Below are positions 27,363 to 36,322 of a stretch of DNA of 42,013 bases, in pieces; positions within the stretch are counted from its first letter, which is position 1, and each line of letters starts with the position of its first letter. The DNA lies in NCBI GenBank assembly GCA_024226455.1, contig JAAELR010000446.1:1-42013 (forward strand), written 5' to 3'. This DNA is from Paracoccaceae bacterium (lineage in GTDB: Bacteria > Pseudomonadota > Alphaproteobacteria > Rhodobacterales > Rhodobacteraceae). The notes beneath the pieces were generated by a model, which saw only the letters and a list, made by a program, of their open reading frames with translations, had not been told where the DNA came from and did no database searches. Position numbers and translations under genes: made by a program.

Positions 27363-29767
27363 CCCCGCATCGCCTTGCCTTTGGGGTCATAGGGCGAGGC
27401 GGCGATGACGCGGGCCTTGCGCAGAGCGCCCACCACATGCACCGACAGCTCGGTGCCCTCGACCGCGCGATCGCGGTCGACCAGCGCCATGGCGAGCGAT
27501 TTTTGCAGGTGGTGGCCGTAGCCGCCCGAGGTGACAAAGCCCACCTTGGCGCCATCCGCCGCCCAGACCGGCTCATAGCCGCTGGCGTCAGAATCGCCCG
27601 GCTCGATCTCCAGCGTCACTTGGCATCGCCCGGGGCCGTCTCCGTCGCGTTCCGCCAGCGCGGCCTCGCGGCCTGTGAAGTCGCCCTTGTCCCAGTCGAT
27701 CCAGCGGTCCATGGCGGTCATGGCCGGTGTGCGGTCCTGGGTAAACTCCGCCGACCAGATGCCAAAGCTTTTTTCGATCCGGGTCGACAGCATGGCGTTG
27801 AAGCCGACCTCGCGGATGCTTTCATCGGCCCCGGCCTGCAGCAGCATGCGGCGCAGGGCGATGTGGTCGCCCATGCGGCAGTTGATCTCATAGCCCATCT
27901 CTCCGGTGACACTCATGCGCGCCACATGGGCGCTGACCAGACCGATATCGAATTGCCCGCAGCCCATGAAGGGCAGGGCGCCGATATCCTGTTCGGCCAG
28001 TTTTTCTACCACGGCGCGGGATTTGGGGCCGATGACTGCGAAACCGCAAATCTCCTCGCCCAGATCGCGGATGTCGACACCGTCGGCGAGATGGTCGTTG
28101 AACCAGCGCATGTGCCAGGCGCGCAAATAGTAGCTGCCCATGATCCAGTACCTGCCATCGCCCCAGTTCAGCAGCGTCAGGTCGCCCTTGAGCCGCCCGT
28201 TCGGCGCCAGCATCACCGCCAGCCGGGCCCGGCCCGGTGCGGGCAGTTTGGTCGAGAACAGCTTGTCGAGCCATTGGGCCGCGTTGGGCCCGGTCACCTC
28301 GTAGCGCGAAAAGCCGGTGATATCGAGCAGCCCGACACCGGTCCGGACCGCCTTGCATTCTTCGGCCACGATGGGAAAGGCGTTGGAGCGTTTCAGCGTC
28401 TGGGTTTCCTCAAAGCCATGCGGCGCGAAGTAAAGCGGCACTTCCAGATCCCAGCTAACCCCCCATTTGCAGCCCGCTTGCCCCATGGCGTCATGCGCCG
28501 GTGCCATCTTCAGCGGCCGTCCGGCGGGCAGCTGCTCGTTGGGGTAGGTCATCACGAAACGGCGGCTGTAGAACTGGCCGGTGGTTTCGCGGATATAGCG
28601 CTTGTTCTGGGCATAGTCGCCGTAGCGCGCCACATCCATCGACCAGGCGTCGGCCTCGGGCTCGCCCTCGATCATCCATTCGGCCAGCGTCTTGCCGACG
28701 CCGCCGCCCTGCAGGAAACCTGCCATGACGGCGCAGGCGCTCCAATAGCCTTTCTTGCTCGGGACCGGACCCACCAGCGGGTTGCCGTCGGGCGAAAAGG
28801 TGAAGGCGCCGTTGACCCAGGTCTTGATGCCTGCGTCCTGAATTGCCGGGTAACGTTCGAAGCCCAGCGTCAGTTCGTTCTCGATGCGGTCGAGCTGCTC
28901 CTGAAACAGCTCCTCGCCGTAGTTCCACGGCGCGCCGTCCATGGCCCAGTGTTCGTGGTTGATCTCGTAGATGCCGACCAGAACGCCCTGCTGGTCCTGG
29001 CGCATATAGGTGAAGCCCTCCAGATCGACGGTCATCGGCATCTCGAAATCCGACGCGGCAATCTGGGGTACCGTGTCGGTCACGAGATAGTGGTGCTTGA
29101 GCGGGCTGACCGGCAGTTCCACCCCGGCCATGCGCCCCACCTGCTTGGCCCAGAGACCGGCGGCGTTGACCACGTGCTCGCACGCTATGGTGCCCTTGTC
29201 GGTGACCACCTGCCAGCCGTCGGCGGTCTGGATCAGCTCTTCGACCTTGGTTTGCTCATAATACTCCGCGCCGCGCTTTTTGGCGGCGGTGGCATAGGCC
29301 TGCACGGTGCCGGTGGTGTCGAGATAGCCCTCGCGGTCGGCCCACATCGCCCCCAGCACGCCATCGGTGGACATGATCGGGCAGCGTTTCTGCGCCTCTT
29401 GCGGGCTCAGCAGTTCGCAATCATCGATGCCGATCGACTGGAAGATGCGGTAATTGGCCTGCAGCCATTCCCAGCGCTCGGGCGTGCCGGCCAGGGTCAG
29501 CCCGCCGGTCATGTGCAGGTTGATATGCTGACCGCTCTCCTTTTCGATCTCGCTGAGAAGGTCGATGGTATAGGCCTGCAGGGCGGCCATGTTGGGGTCA
29601 GCGTTCAGCGCATGGATGCCGCCCGCGGCGTGCCAGCTGGAACCGGAGGCCAGCCGCCGCCGTTCCAGCATGACCACGTCGGTCCAGCCGAATTTGGCCA
29701 GATGGTAAAGCACCGAGGCCCCAACCACCCCGCCACCGATCACAACGACGCGATACTGCGATTTCAT
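27359..29767 (-). CDS. FAD-dependent oxidoreductase fused to a GcvT/aminomethyltransferase domain (dimethylglycine/sarcosine dehydrogenase family)
   Basis: MKSQYRVVVIGGGVVGASVLYHLAK dinucleotide motif. Approx. 800 aa with a C-terminal T-protein-like folate-binding region. Confidence 0.9.
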   Translation of the reverse strand: MKSQYRVVVIGGGVVGASVLYHLAKFGWTDVVMLERRRLASGSSWHAAGGIHALNADPNMAALQAYTIDLLSEIEKESGQHINLHMTGGLTLAGTPERWEWLQANYRIFQSIGIDDCELLSPQEAQKRCPIMSTDGVLGAMWADREGYLDTTGTVQAYATAAKKRGAEYYEQTKVEELIQTADGWQVVTDKGTIACEHVVNAAGLWAKQVGRMAGVELPVSPLKHHYLVTDTVPQIAASDFEMPMTVDLEGFTYMRQDQQGVLVGIYEINHEHWAMDGAPWNYGEELFQEQLDRIENELTLGFERYPAIQDAGIKTWVNGAFTFSPDGNPLVGPVPSKKGYWSACAVMAGFLQGGGVGKTLAEWMIEGEPEADAWSMDVARYGDYAQNKRYIRETTGQFYSRRFVMTYPNEQLPAGRPLKMAPAHDAMGQAGCKWGVSWDLEVPLYFAPHGFEETQTLKRSNAFPIVAEECKAVRTGVGLLDITGFSRYEVTGPNAAQWLDKLFSTKLPAPGRARLAVMLAPNGRLKGDLTLLNWGDGRYWIMGSYYLRAWHMRWFNDHLADGVDIRDLGEEICGFAVIGPKSRAVVEKLAEQDIGALPFMGCGQFDIGLVSAHVARMSVTGEMGYEINCRMGDHIALRRMLLQAGADESIREVGFNAMLSTRIEKSFGIWSAEFTQDRTPAMTAMDRWIDWDKGDFTGREAALAERDGDGPGRCQVTLEIEPGDSDASGYEPVWAADGAKVGFVTSGGYGHHLQKSLAMALVDRDRAVEGTELSVHVVGALRKARVIAASPYDPKGKAMRG

Positions 29768-29828
29768 GGCCAATCCTCCTGCGGCATGCCTTGTGGGATT
29801 TGCCATAGTCCGTCGCCAGCCGGAAATC

Positions 29829-29844
29829 TAGACATTTGTGTCTA
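29829..29844. promoter_or_regulatory. Inverted repeat TAGACA-TTTG-TGTCTA 62 bp upstream of the dehydrogenase operon start; candidate TetR operator
   Basis: Perfect 6-bp arms with a 4-bp spacer, placed in the promoter region of the operon that encodes its own TetR regulator. Confidence 0.35.
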
Positions 29845-30192
29845 TTGCCCGGGCTGCGGGCCGGGGCGCCTGTGGTTTCTGTGTGGAGGTGGGTTGAAAG
29901 AGTCGTGGCGGCTTTGGTCCGGAACGGACATTGGCACGTAGCGCCAACGCGCGGAATCAAGGGCCGCAGGCCCGCCGCGCGATCGCCAGACCGCCCGCAG
30001 GGCTGGCGATTTGTCGAGGCTCCCGCATTGCTCATAGCTTGTTCGGAGTTCCCGCGGTAAAGTACTCCGCCCCAGTGGCGGATCGCCACCCCGCGTCTGG
30101 CAATCGCGCGGCTCATCTCTCGAACGCCCGCTTCAGACCAGTTTCGCCGATTCCGGCGCGCGCCTCTCTTGATCCTGCGGTACCGCTGCCGG

Positions 30193-31023
30193 TCAGGTGG
30201 TGCGCAGGCCCAGAATCTCGCGGGCCTGGGCGGGCGTGGCGACGGGGCGGTTGTATTTCGCGCAAAGCTCGACTGCACGGGCAACAAGCGCCGCGTTCGA
30301 GGGCGCCAGCCTGTCGCGGTCGAGGCGGACGTTGTCTTCCAGCCCGGTGCGGGTGTGGCCGCCCTGCGCGATGCTCCATTCGTTGACCAGTATCTGCCCG
30401 GCGCCGATACCGGCGGCGCACCATTCGGCATCCGGCGCGTGACGCTTCAGCGTTTCGATGTAGAAATCGAAGACCGGCTTGTCCACCGGCATGGCGTTCT
30501 TCACGCCCATCACGAACTGCACATATAGCGGCCCCTCGATGCGCCCATCGGCCGCCATCTTCGCGGCCTGCAGGATTTGGCTGAGATCGAAGGCCTCGAT
30601 CTCGGGCTTCACGTGGTACTTTCGCATCTCACCAGCCAGCCAGTCGACCAGATCGGGCGGGTTTTCATAGACCCGGGTGGGGAAATTGCTCGAGCCCACG
30701 GTAAGCGAGGCCATGTCGGGGCAGAGCGGCAGCATGCCGCCGCGTTCCCCACCGGCGCCCGACCGCCCGCCGGTGGAAAACTGCACGATCATCCCGGGGC
30801 AGTGCTTTTCCAGCCCTTGTTTCAGGGCGGCGAATTTTTCGGGGTCGCTGGTCGTGCTGCCGTCGTCGTTGCGCACGTGGCAATGGGCGATCGAGGCGCC
30901 TGCCTCAAAGGCCTCGTGGGTCGAACAGATCTGTTCGGAAAGAGTGATCGGCACGGCGGGATTGTCTGCCTTTGTGGGCACAGAGCCGGTGATTGCGACG
31001 CAGATGATGCAAGGTTTGGACAT
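30193..31023 (-). CDS. BKACE family enzyme (3-keto-5-aminohexanoate cleavage enzyme-like, DUF849)
   Basis: 276 aa. MSKPCIICVAITGS...HCHVRNDDGS... matches Kce/BKACE, including a dehydrocarnitine-cleavage-type signature. GGAGGCTCC SD before ATG. Confidence 0.85.
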   Translation of the reverse strand: MSKPCIICVAITGSVPTKADNPAVPITLSEQICSTHEAFEAGASIAHCHVRNDDGSTTSDPEKFAALKQGLEKHCPGMIVQFSTGGRSGAGGERGGMLPLCPDMASLTVGSSNFPTRVYENPPDLVDWLAGEMRKYHVKPEIEAFDLSQILQAAKMAADGRIEGPLYVQFVMGVKNAMPVDKPVFDFYIETLKRHAPDAEWCAAGIGAGQILVNEWSIAQGGHTRTGLEDNVRLDRDRLAPSNAALVARAVELCAKYNRPVATPAQAREILGLRTT

Positions 31024-31527
31024 GGAGCCTCCGGATTTGCCGGAACGTTACGCCGGGTTCCGGGCGGGCGCAAATCTTTGCGGAGGATCTGACCCAAAGT
31101 TTCCGGGGTTGGCCTGTTGCGGCACGGGGGCGGGCGGGCCTAGGCGTGGCCGGTTTCGCGGATGAATTCGGTCGGGACGCGGGCGTACCATGCTTAGTTT
31201 CCGACCCCGTGGCATGGCCGCGGCCGCAAACCCGGGGCCGCAGATAACACGAATCTCACATTCATGATTTTTAGTCTCCAGTCAAGTGTCCTTGTAGGCA
31301 ACGTCACGAAGGCGATACGCGGCAACTTACTTTTTCCGCGTATCGCGTTAAGGCTGGGTGCCGACGAGCGTGCGCGCCCTAGAGGGGAGTTCATCACATG
31401 CCTTGTGCGAAAAGGTGCGGCGATGGGTGCGGTTTGGGGGCGCTGTGGGGCGGGCCGCCGTCCAAGGCACCGGCGCTGACACCGCGCGCATCCGCGGTGG
31501 CGAGATCAGAGGACACCGGCAACGAGA

Positions 31528-31586
31528 AGGGTGGGCAGTTCTGCCCGCCTCAGTGCGGTATGTTGATGGGCAGTTCTGCCCACCCT
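31528..31586 (-). terminator. Terminator-like composite inverted repeat directly downstream of the EEP gene stop (two copies of GGGCAGTTCTGCCC within larger AGGGTGGGCAG...CTGCCCACCCT arms)
   Basis: 11-bp outer stem possible on the minus-strand transcript. The stop codon TAG sits at the edge of the structure. The downstream U-tract is weak. Confidence 0.45.
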
Positions 31587-32787
31587 ACGAGGTTCTGGCC
31601 CCGCCCATCCGGATATGCGCCATGATCTGGCCGTGGTCCGAGGCCAGCTTGTTATAGGGCGCTTCGGGGTGGCTGCCGTCGGTCAGATGGTCGTTCAGCA
31701 CGCTGAAATACTCCATGTTGCCGAGGCGCTCGGGATTATCGGGGTGAAAGTGGCGCGACATCAGGATCTGGTCGATCGACTCGAAATTGCCGCCGAAGGC
31801 CGCAGTATAGACCATGTCGCGCAAGGACTTGCGAACAAAGAGTTTCTCGGCGCTGTGCAGGCGCACTCGCTCGATATCCCCGGCGATCTGTTCCGCCTCT
31901 TGCCGACTGTAGCGGTCGTTGGGTTTTTCCGCGTCGTGGCGCCGCATCCAGGCGTAGTTCTTGAACGGGGTCTCGCCGGTGATGATCTCGGTCGAAACCG
32001 CGTGCTCGCCATCGTTCAGGTCGCCCAGCACCATCACCGGGCGGCCCCGGTCCAGTTCGTCAAGGATCAACCCGCGCAGCACCCAGGCCTCTGCCATGCG
32101 GCGCAGCCCGGCGCGCAAGGCCCCCAGCATCCGGCCATGGGCGTTATAGCGCAAAAGGTCGGCCTCGGGCGCGTGGGGCGCACCCTGGGGCGTGATGAAC
32201 TCGCCCAGCTTCGACTTCAAGTGGCAGTTGAAAATGCTGATCACCTGGTCGCCGACGGGCACGCGTACCTTCAGGATCGGGCGCGACAGGCGGTTGATGG
32301 TGAAACCGCCGGCACCGTCATGGCCAAGGTCGCGAAAGTCGATGGTCGGGGCCGGGTCCAGATCCTGCACGATCTCGGGCTCGCCAACAAAACCGAACCG
32401 CGACAGCGTCGCCACGCCGGGGCGGCGCTCTCCGGGCTCTCCATCGTTGGAATTCGGCGCAAAGGCCAGCGAGGCACCCTCGTAAAGCTCGGATTTCAGT
32501 TTCCGGAAAATCGCCTTTCTGCGGTACTTTTTCGAGCGGTCGGGCAGGGCGGCCTCGTTCAGTTCGCGGCCGCGCGCATCGGCCTCTTCGATCACCGCGC
32601 GCAGGGCGTCCTCTTCGAATATCTCCTGCAAACAGACGATATCGGCGTCCAGCGACAGCAACTGATCGGCCAGCCAGTCCTGTTTCCAGGCATGTTCCTC
32701 GGCGGTGTATTTCTCGAAGCGGTAATACTCCTTCTCGGCCCCGATGAGGTTCTTGACGTTGAAGCTGGCGATGGTGAAGTCTGTCAT
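31585..32787 (-). CDS. Endonuclease/exonuclease/phosphatase (EEP) family protein
   Basis: 400 aa. N-terminal IASFNVKNL and internal ...VMVLGDLND... / ...SDHGQIMA... are EEP catalytic motifs. GGAG SD. 11 nt downstream of the macro gene stop. Confidence 0.8.
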   Translation of the reverse strand: MTDFTIASFNVKNLIGAEKEYYRFEKYTAEEHAWKQDWLADQLLSLDADIVCLQEIFEEDALRAVIEEADARGRELNEAALPDRSKKYRRKAIFRKLKSELYEGASLAFAPNSNDGEPGERRPGVATLSRFGFVGEPEIVQDLDPAPTIDFRDLGHDGAGGFTINRLSRPILKVRVPVGDQVISIFNCHLKSKLGEFITPQGAPHAPEADLLRYNAHGRMLGALRAGLRRMAEAWVLRGLILDELDRGRPVMVLGDLNDGEHAVSTEIITGETPFKNYAWMRRHDAEKPNDRYSRQEAEQIAGDIERVRLHSAEKLFVRKSLRDMVYTAAFGGNFESIDQILMSRHFHPDNPERLGNMEYFSVLNDHLTDGSHPEAPYNKLASDHGQIMAHIRMGGARTS

Positions 32788-32798
32788 TACGGAGCCTT

Positions 32799-33263
32799 TC
32801 AGGCGTTGTGGTCGGGCAGCACGACCAGCGTATGGTCAAGTCCGGCAAGCTCTGTGTCAATCAGCGGCGCGATCACAGTCCAGTCACCGCCGGCCAGCCC
32901 GGCGCCGATCAGCGGATAGCCGATGCGCGCGTCGGGGAACCGTTCCGCGATGGTGCGAAAAGCGCTGGCGATGGCGTCATAGTCGGCCTTTCGCCCAACT
33001 CCGCGATAATCGAACTGGGTGTAGGCGTTCACGATTGTGAGGTCGTGGTCGCCCACCCTGACGTGGGCGCAGGAGATCGTCCCAAGCTTGTCGCGGTCGC
33101 CTTTCGGTGTGTCCCGGTCGGCCTGCAGCGCCTGGGGAAAATCGCGGCCGATGATCTTGGCGATACCGGCACCCATCGTGTGAATACAGTTGCAGCCATG
33201 CACGATCACGTCGAACCGCCCGGCCTTTGCCAGCGCGATCAGATCTCCGGTGATGGTCTTCAT
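32799..33263 (-). CDS. Minimal macro domain protein (ADP-ribose / Appr-1''-p binding or processing type)
   Basis: 154 aa. DVIVHGCNCIHTMGAGIAKII and IGYPLIGAGLAGGD correspond to the two Gly-rich phosphate-binding loops of macro domains. Start overlaps the upstream stop (ATGA). Confidence 0.6.
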   Translation of the reverse strand: MKTITGDLIALAKAGRFDVIVHGCNCIHTMGAGIAKIIGRDFPQALQADRDTPKGDRDKLGTISCAHVRVGDHDLTIVNAYTQFDYRGVGRKADYDAIASAFRTIAERFPDARIGYPLIGAGLAGGDWTVIAPLIDTELAGLDHTLVVLPDHNA

Positions 33264-34243
33264 CCGCCGTCTCGGTATTTCTGCAAGGCTTTGGCGAACA
33301 TTACCGCATCCACGTTGCCGCCAGAGGCCACCGCGATCACCGCGTCGCCCGCCACGGTGCCCGGGTGATAAAGCGCCGCCGCCAGTGCCACCGCGCCGCC
33401 GGGTTCGATCACCACCTTGAGCCGGGCGAAGGCGGCAGCCATGGCGCGCAGGCAATCGTCCTCGCTGACCACCATGCCGGGGCCGCAGAGACGGGCCATG
33501 ATGGGGAAGGTGATCTCGCCCGGCGATGGCGTGATGATGGCGTCGCAGATAGAGCCGCTGGCCCTGGCGTTGCTCTCTATCCGGCCCGAAGCCAGCGAGC
33601 GCGCGGTGTCGTCGAATTCCTGCGGTTCCACCGGGCGCGGCCGCAGCCCGGGCGCGTGCGCCTCCAGCGCCAGGGCGATACCGCTGGTCAGCCCGCCGCC
33701 GCCGCAGGGGATCAGCACGTCGGCGGTCTCGACCCCGGCCCGCGCCGCCTGTTCGGCGATCTCCAGCCCCGTCGTGCCCTGCCCGGCGATCACCTGCGGC
33801 TCGTCATAGGGCTTGATCAGCGTCAGGCCGCGTTCGCCGGCCAGCACGGCGCCGATCTCTTCGCGGCTTTCAAAGTTGGCACGGTCATAGGTGACCACCT
33901 CGGCGCCCAGCCGCCTGGTGTTGTCCAGCTTCATCGCAGGCGCGTCGGCAGGCATGACGATGACGGCGGGAATGCCATGCATGGCCGCGGCCAGCGCCAC
34001 GCCCTGGGCGTGGTTGCCGCTGGAATAGGCGATGACGCCGCGCTTGCGCGTGGCCTCGTCCAGCGCCGAGACCGCCGAATAGCCGCCGCGGAACTTGAAG
34101 CTGCCGGTCTGCTGCAGGCATTCGGTCTTGACCAGCACCCGCCTCCCGGCGATCTCATCCAGAAACGGCGAGCTTAGCAACGGCGTGCGCCGGGCATGGC
34201 GCTTCAGCCGCCCGGCGGCGGCCTCGATCAGGTTTATGTTCAA
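33260..34243 (-). CDS. PLP-dependent serine/threonine dehydratase family enzyme
   Basis: 327 aa. ...KTECLQQTGSFKFRGG... (PLP lysine motif SFKxRG) and GGGGL glycine loop. Start overlaps the upstream stop. Confidence 0.85.
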   Translation of the reverse strand: MNINLIEAAAGRLKRHARRTPLLSSPFLDEIAGRRVLVKTECLQQTGSFKFRGGYSAVSALDEATRKRGVIAYSSGNHAQGVALAAAMHGIPAVIVMPADAPAMKLDNTRRLGAEVVTYDRANFESREEIGAVLAGERGLTLIKPYDEPQVIAGQGTTGLEIAEQAARAGVETADVLIPCGGGGLTSGIALALEAHAPGLRPRPVEPQEFDDTARSLASGRIESNARASGSICDAIITPSPGEITFPIMARLCGPGMVVSEDDCLRAMAAAFARLKVVIEPGGAVALAAALYHPGTVAGDAVIAVASGGNVDAVMFAKALQKYRDGG

Positions 34244-35070
34244 CGCATCACCTCCAGCCAGTCGCGGATCGCCGCAACGGCCTGCGGTTCATCGAGAAAC
34301 GGCACATGGCCGCGGTCGGGAATCTCGGCAAAGATCATCTGCGGCATCCGCCGCCGCATTTCTGCCGCCGTCCCAACCGACAGCAGGTCGGAATTCGCCC
34401 CGCGGATCAGCGCCAGCGGCAGCCCGGTCAGGGCGTCGAAGACTGGCCAGAAATCGGTCGGCGCCGGGTCGGCCCCGGGCTTGGCGGCGTCGAAAATGCG
34501 GGCTAGGTCGGGGTCATAGTTGATCTTCAGCCCGTCGCCGGTTTCGATCAGGTGCATGCGCACCTCGCGCATCCAGCGCTCACGGGGCACATTGCTGAAA
34601 TCGCGATAGAAGGCCTCGCGTGCCGTGGCGGCTTCTTCATAGGTTTTCTGGGGTGGGTTCCTGCCCAAATAGCGCTGGATCAGCGCCAGCCCGCCGGGCT
34701 CTACCACCGGCCCGATATCGTTGAGACAGACGCCAAGCAGCCGGTCCTTGGCACCCTCCGCCAGCGCCATCGCAATCAGCCCGCCGCGCGAGGTGCCCAG
34801 CACCGCCGCCTTTTCCAGCCTCAGATGGTCTAGCAGCGCCAGCGCGTCGCGCGCCTCGACCGGCACGGTGTAGGTGGCGGGATCGGCCCAGTCCGACTGG
34901 CCGCGGCCACGGTAATCCATGCGGATCAGCCGCACATCGGCAAGGCAGGGCGCCACATAGTCGAAATCGGTGCTATTGCGCGTCAGCCCCGAAAGACACA
35001 GCACCGCAAGGCCCTCGCCCTCGTCGCGATAGGCCAGTTCCGGTCCGTCGAAGGTTTTGAATTTCTGCAT
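34240..35070 (-). CDS. Alpha/beta-fold hydrolase
   Basis: Start MQKFKTF at 35070 overlapping the HAD stop. Nucleophile-elbow-like GTSRGG. Approx. 276 aa. Confidence 0.8.
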   Translation of the reverse strand: MQKFKTFDGPELAYRDEGEGLAVLCLSGLTRNSTDFDYVAPCLADVRLIRMDYRGRGQSDWADPATYTVPVEARDALALLDHLRLEKAAVLGTSRGGLIAMALAEGAKDRLLGVCLNDIGPVVEPGGLALIQRYLGRNPPQKTYEEAATAREAFYRDFSNVPRERWMREVRMHLIETGDGLKINYDPDLARIFDAAKPGADPAPTDFWPVFDALTGLPLALIRGANSDLLSVGTAAEMRRRMPQMIFAEIPDRGHVPFLDEPQAVAAIRDWLEVMR

Positions 35071-35756
35071 CAGTTCGCCTTTGCAATCTCGGGTATCGTG
35101 GTCAGGTCGCAAAGCACCCGCGCCGGTTTCCAGGGCAGCCGGTCCATCGGCTCGCCGGCCCGGTTGACCCAGACCGAGTGGAACCCGAACCCTGCCGCAT
35201 GCGCCGCGTCCCAGCCGTTTGACGACACGAACAGCACCTGATCCGAGGTGGTGCCAAAGCGGTCGTTGACCATCTGGTAGACAGAAATGTGCGGCTTGAA
35301 GACGCCCACGTCCTGCACGCTAAGCACATCGTCCAGCAACGCGGCCACGCCGGCGCTGTCGACTGCGCCCTGCAGCATCTTCGGCTCGCCGTTCGACAGG
35401 ATCGCGGTGGCGAAACCGGCCTGTTTCAGAGCCGCCAGCATGGCGGGCACTTCCGGGTAGGCGCTGAGTTCGAAATAGAGTGCCAGCAGGAGTTCGCGCA
35501 GTTCCGGATCGTCCAGCGCGCTGGCCTCGAGCGCCCAGTCGAGCCCGTCCTGTGTCACCTGCCAGAAATCGGTATGGGCATCGGCCACCGCGCGCAGCCA
35601 GGTGTATTGCAGCTGTTTCAGCCGCCAGTCGCCTGCCACCTTTTGCCAGACCGCGGCGAAGGCTTCGCGGCCCGGTTCGGTGGCGGCCTCGCGGGCGGCG
35701 GCAGCGACGTCGAACAGCGTGCCATAGGCATCAAAGACGCAAGCCGTGATCGGCAT
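35070..35756 (-). CDS. Haloacid dehalogenase type II ((S)-2-haloacid dehalogenase, HAD superfamily)
   Basis: MPITACVFDAYGTLFDV (DxYGTL nucleophile motif), ...KPH..VY..., FVSSNGWD..GA..FGF. Close match to the L-DEX family pattern. The 431-aa ORF in the track is an upstream in-frame artefact. Confidence 0.85.
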   Translation of the reverse strand: MPITACVFDAYGTLFDVAAAAREAATEPGREAFAAVWQKVAGDWRLKQLQYTWLRAVADAHTDFWQVTQDGLDWALEASALDDPELRELLLALYFELSAYPEVPAMLAALKQAGFATAILSNGEPKMLQGAVDSAGVAALLDDVLSVQDVGVFKPHISVYQMVNDRFGTTSDQVLFVSSNGWDAAHAAGFGFHSVWVNRAGEPMDRLPWKPARVLCDLTTIPEIAKAN

Positions 35757-35870
35757 GGGCGGGCTCCTTTCGGGCGCAAACTGACAGATGGGCCGCAGAA
35801 GGGAAAGGGGCGACCGGGCGGGGGGAATCGGGTAGAGTGGCGCAGGTGCAATGGAGAGGGAATGTATGTG

Positions 35871-36263
35871 ATGTCGGACAATCATGGGCTGGTCTGGTGG
35901 ACCGAACTGATGACCCGCGATCTGGAGCGGGCGGTGAAATACTACGCCGATACCTGCGGCTGGAGCTATGACACGATGGATATGATGGACGGCTCTGGCA
36001 CCTACTACGTGGCCAGGGTCGGCGACCGGCCGGTGGCCGGGCTGATGGACATGTCGTCGATGCAGCATCTGGCCGAGGTGCCGCCGCACTGGTTTTCGTA
36101 TTTCGCCGTGGATGACGTGGAGGCAGCCGTTGGTGCGACGCGCGCGGCTGGCGGGCAGGTGATGCGAGAGCCCTTCGACGTGGCGGGAATTGGCCGTATC
36201 GCGATCCTGACCGATCCGACCGGTGCGGCGATGGGCCTGATCACCCCGGCACCGAAGGGCTGA
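35871..36263 (+). CDS. VOC (glyoxalase/bleomycin-resistance fold) family protein
   Basis: Approx. 130 aa. GGAGAGGG SD. Divergent from the HAD operon. Start ambiguous among ATG 35862, GTG 35868 and ATG 35871. Confidence 0.7.
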   Translation: MSDNHGLVWWTELMTRDLERAVKYYADTCGWSYDTMDMMDGSGTYYVARVGDRPVAGLMDMSSMQHLAEVPPHWFSYFAVDDVEAAVGATRAAGGQVMREPFDVAGIGRIAILTDPTGAAMGLITPAPKG

Positions 36264-36286
36264 GCGCGCACAAAGCGCCATGGGCA

Positions 36287-36322
36287 ATGCGGGGACGACC
36301 GCAATGGTCGTCCGGGTTGTCT
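36287..36322 (+). terminator. Terminator-like hairpin after the VOC gene (GGACGACC-GCAAT-GGTCGTCC + GGGTTGTCTGTT)
   Basis: 8-bp perfect stem followed by a T-rich stretch. Confidence 0.5.

Noticed and set aside
27437-29941. 834-aa plus-strand ORF opposite the dimethylglycine-dehydrogenase-family gene, and ORFs 26191..27576, 26367..27392, 23760..25172, 31615..32919, 33365..34177, 6345..7367, 36542..37486
   Set aside because: All are alternative or antisense frames of confidently assigned genes. High GC suppresses stop codons.
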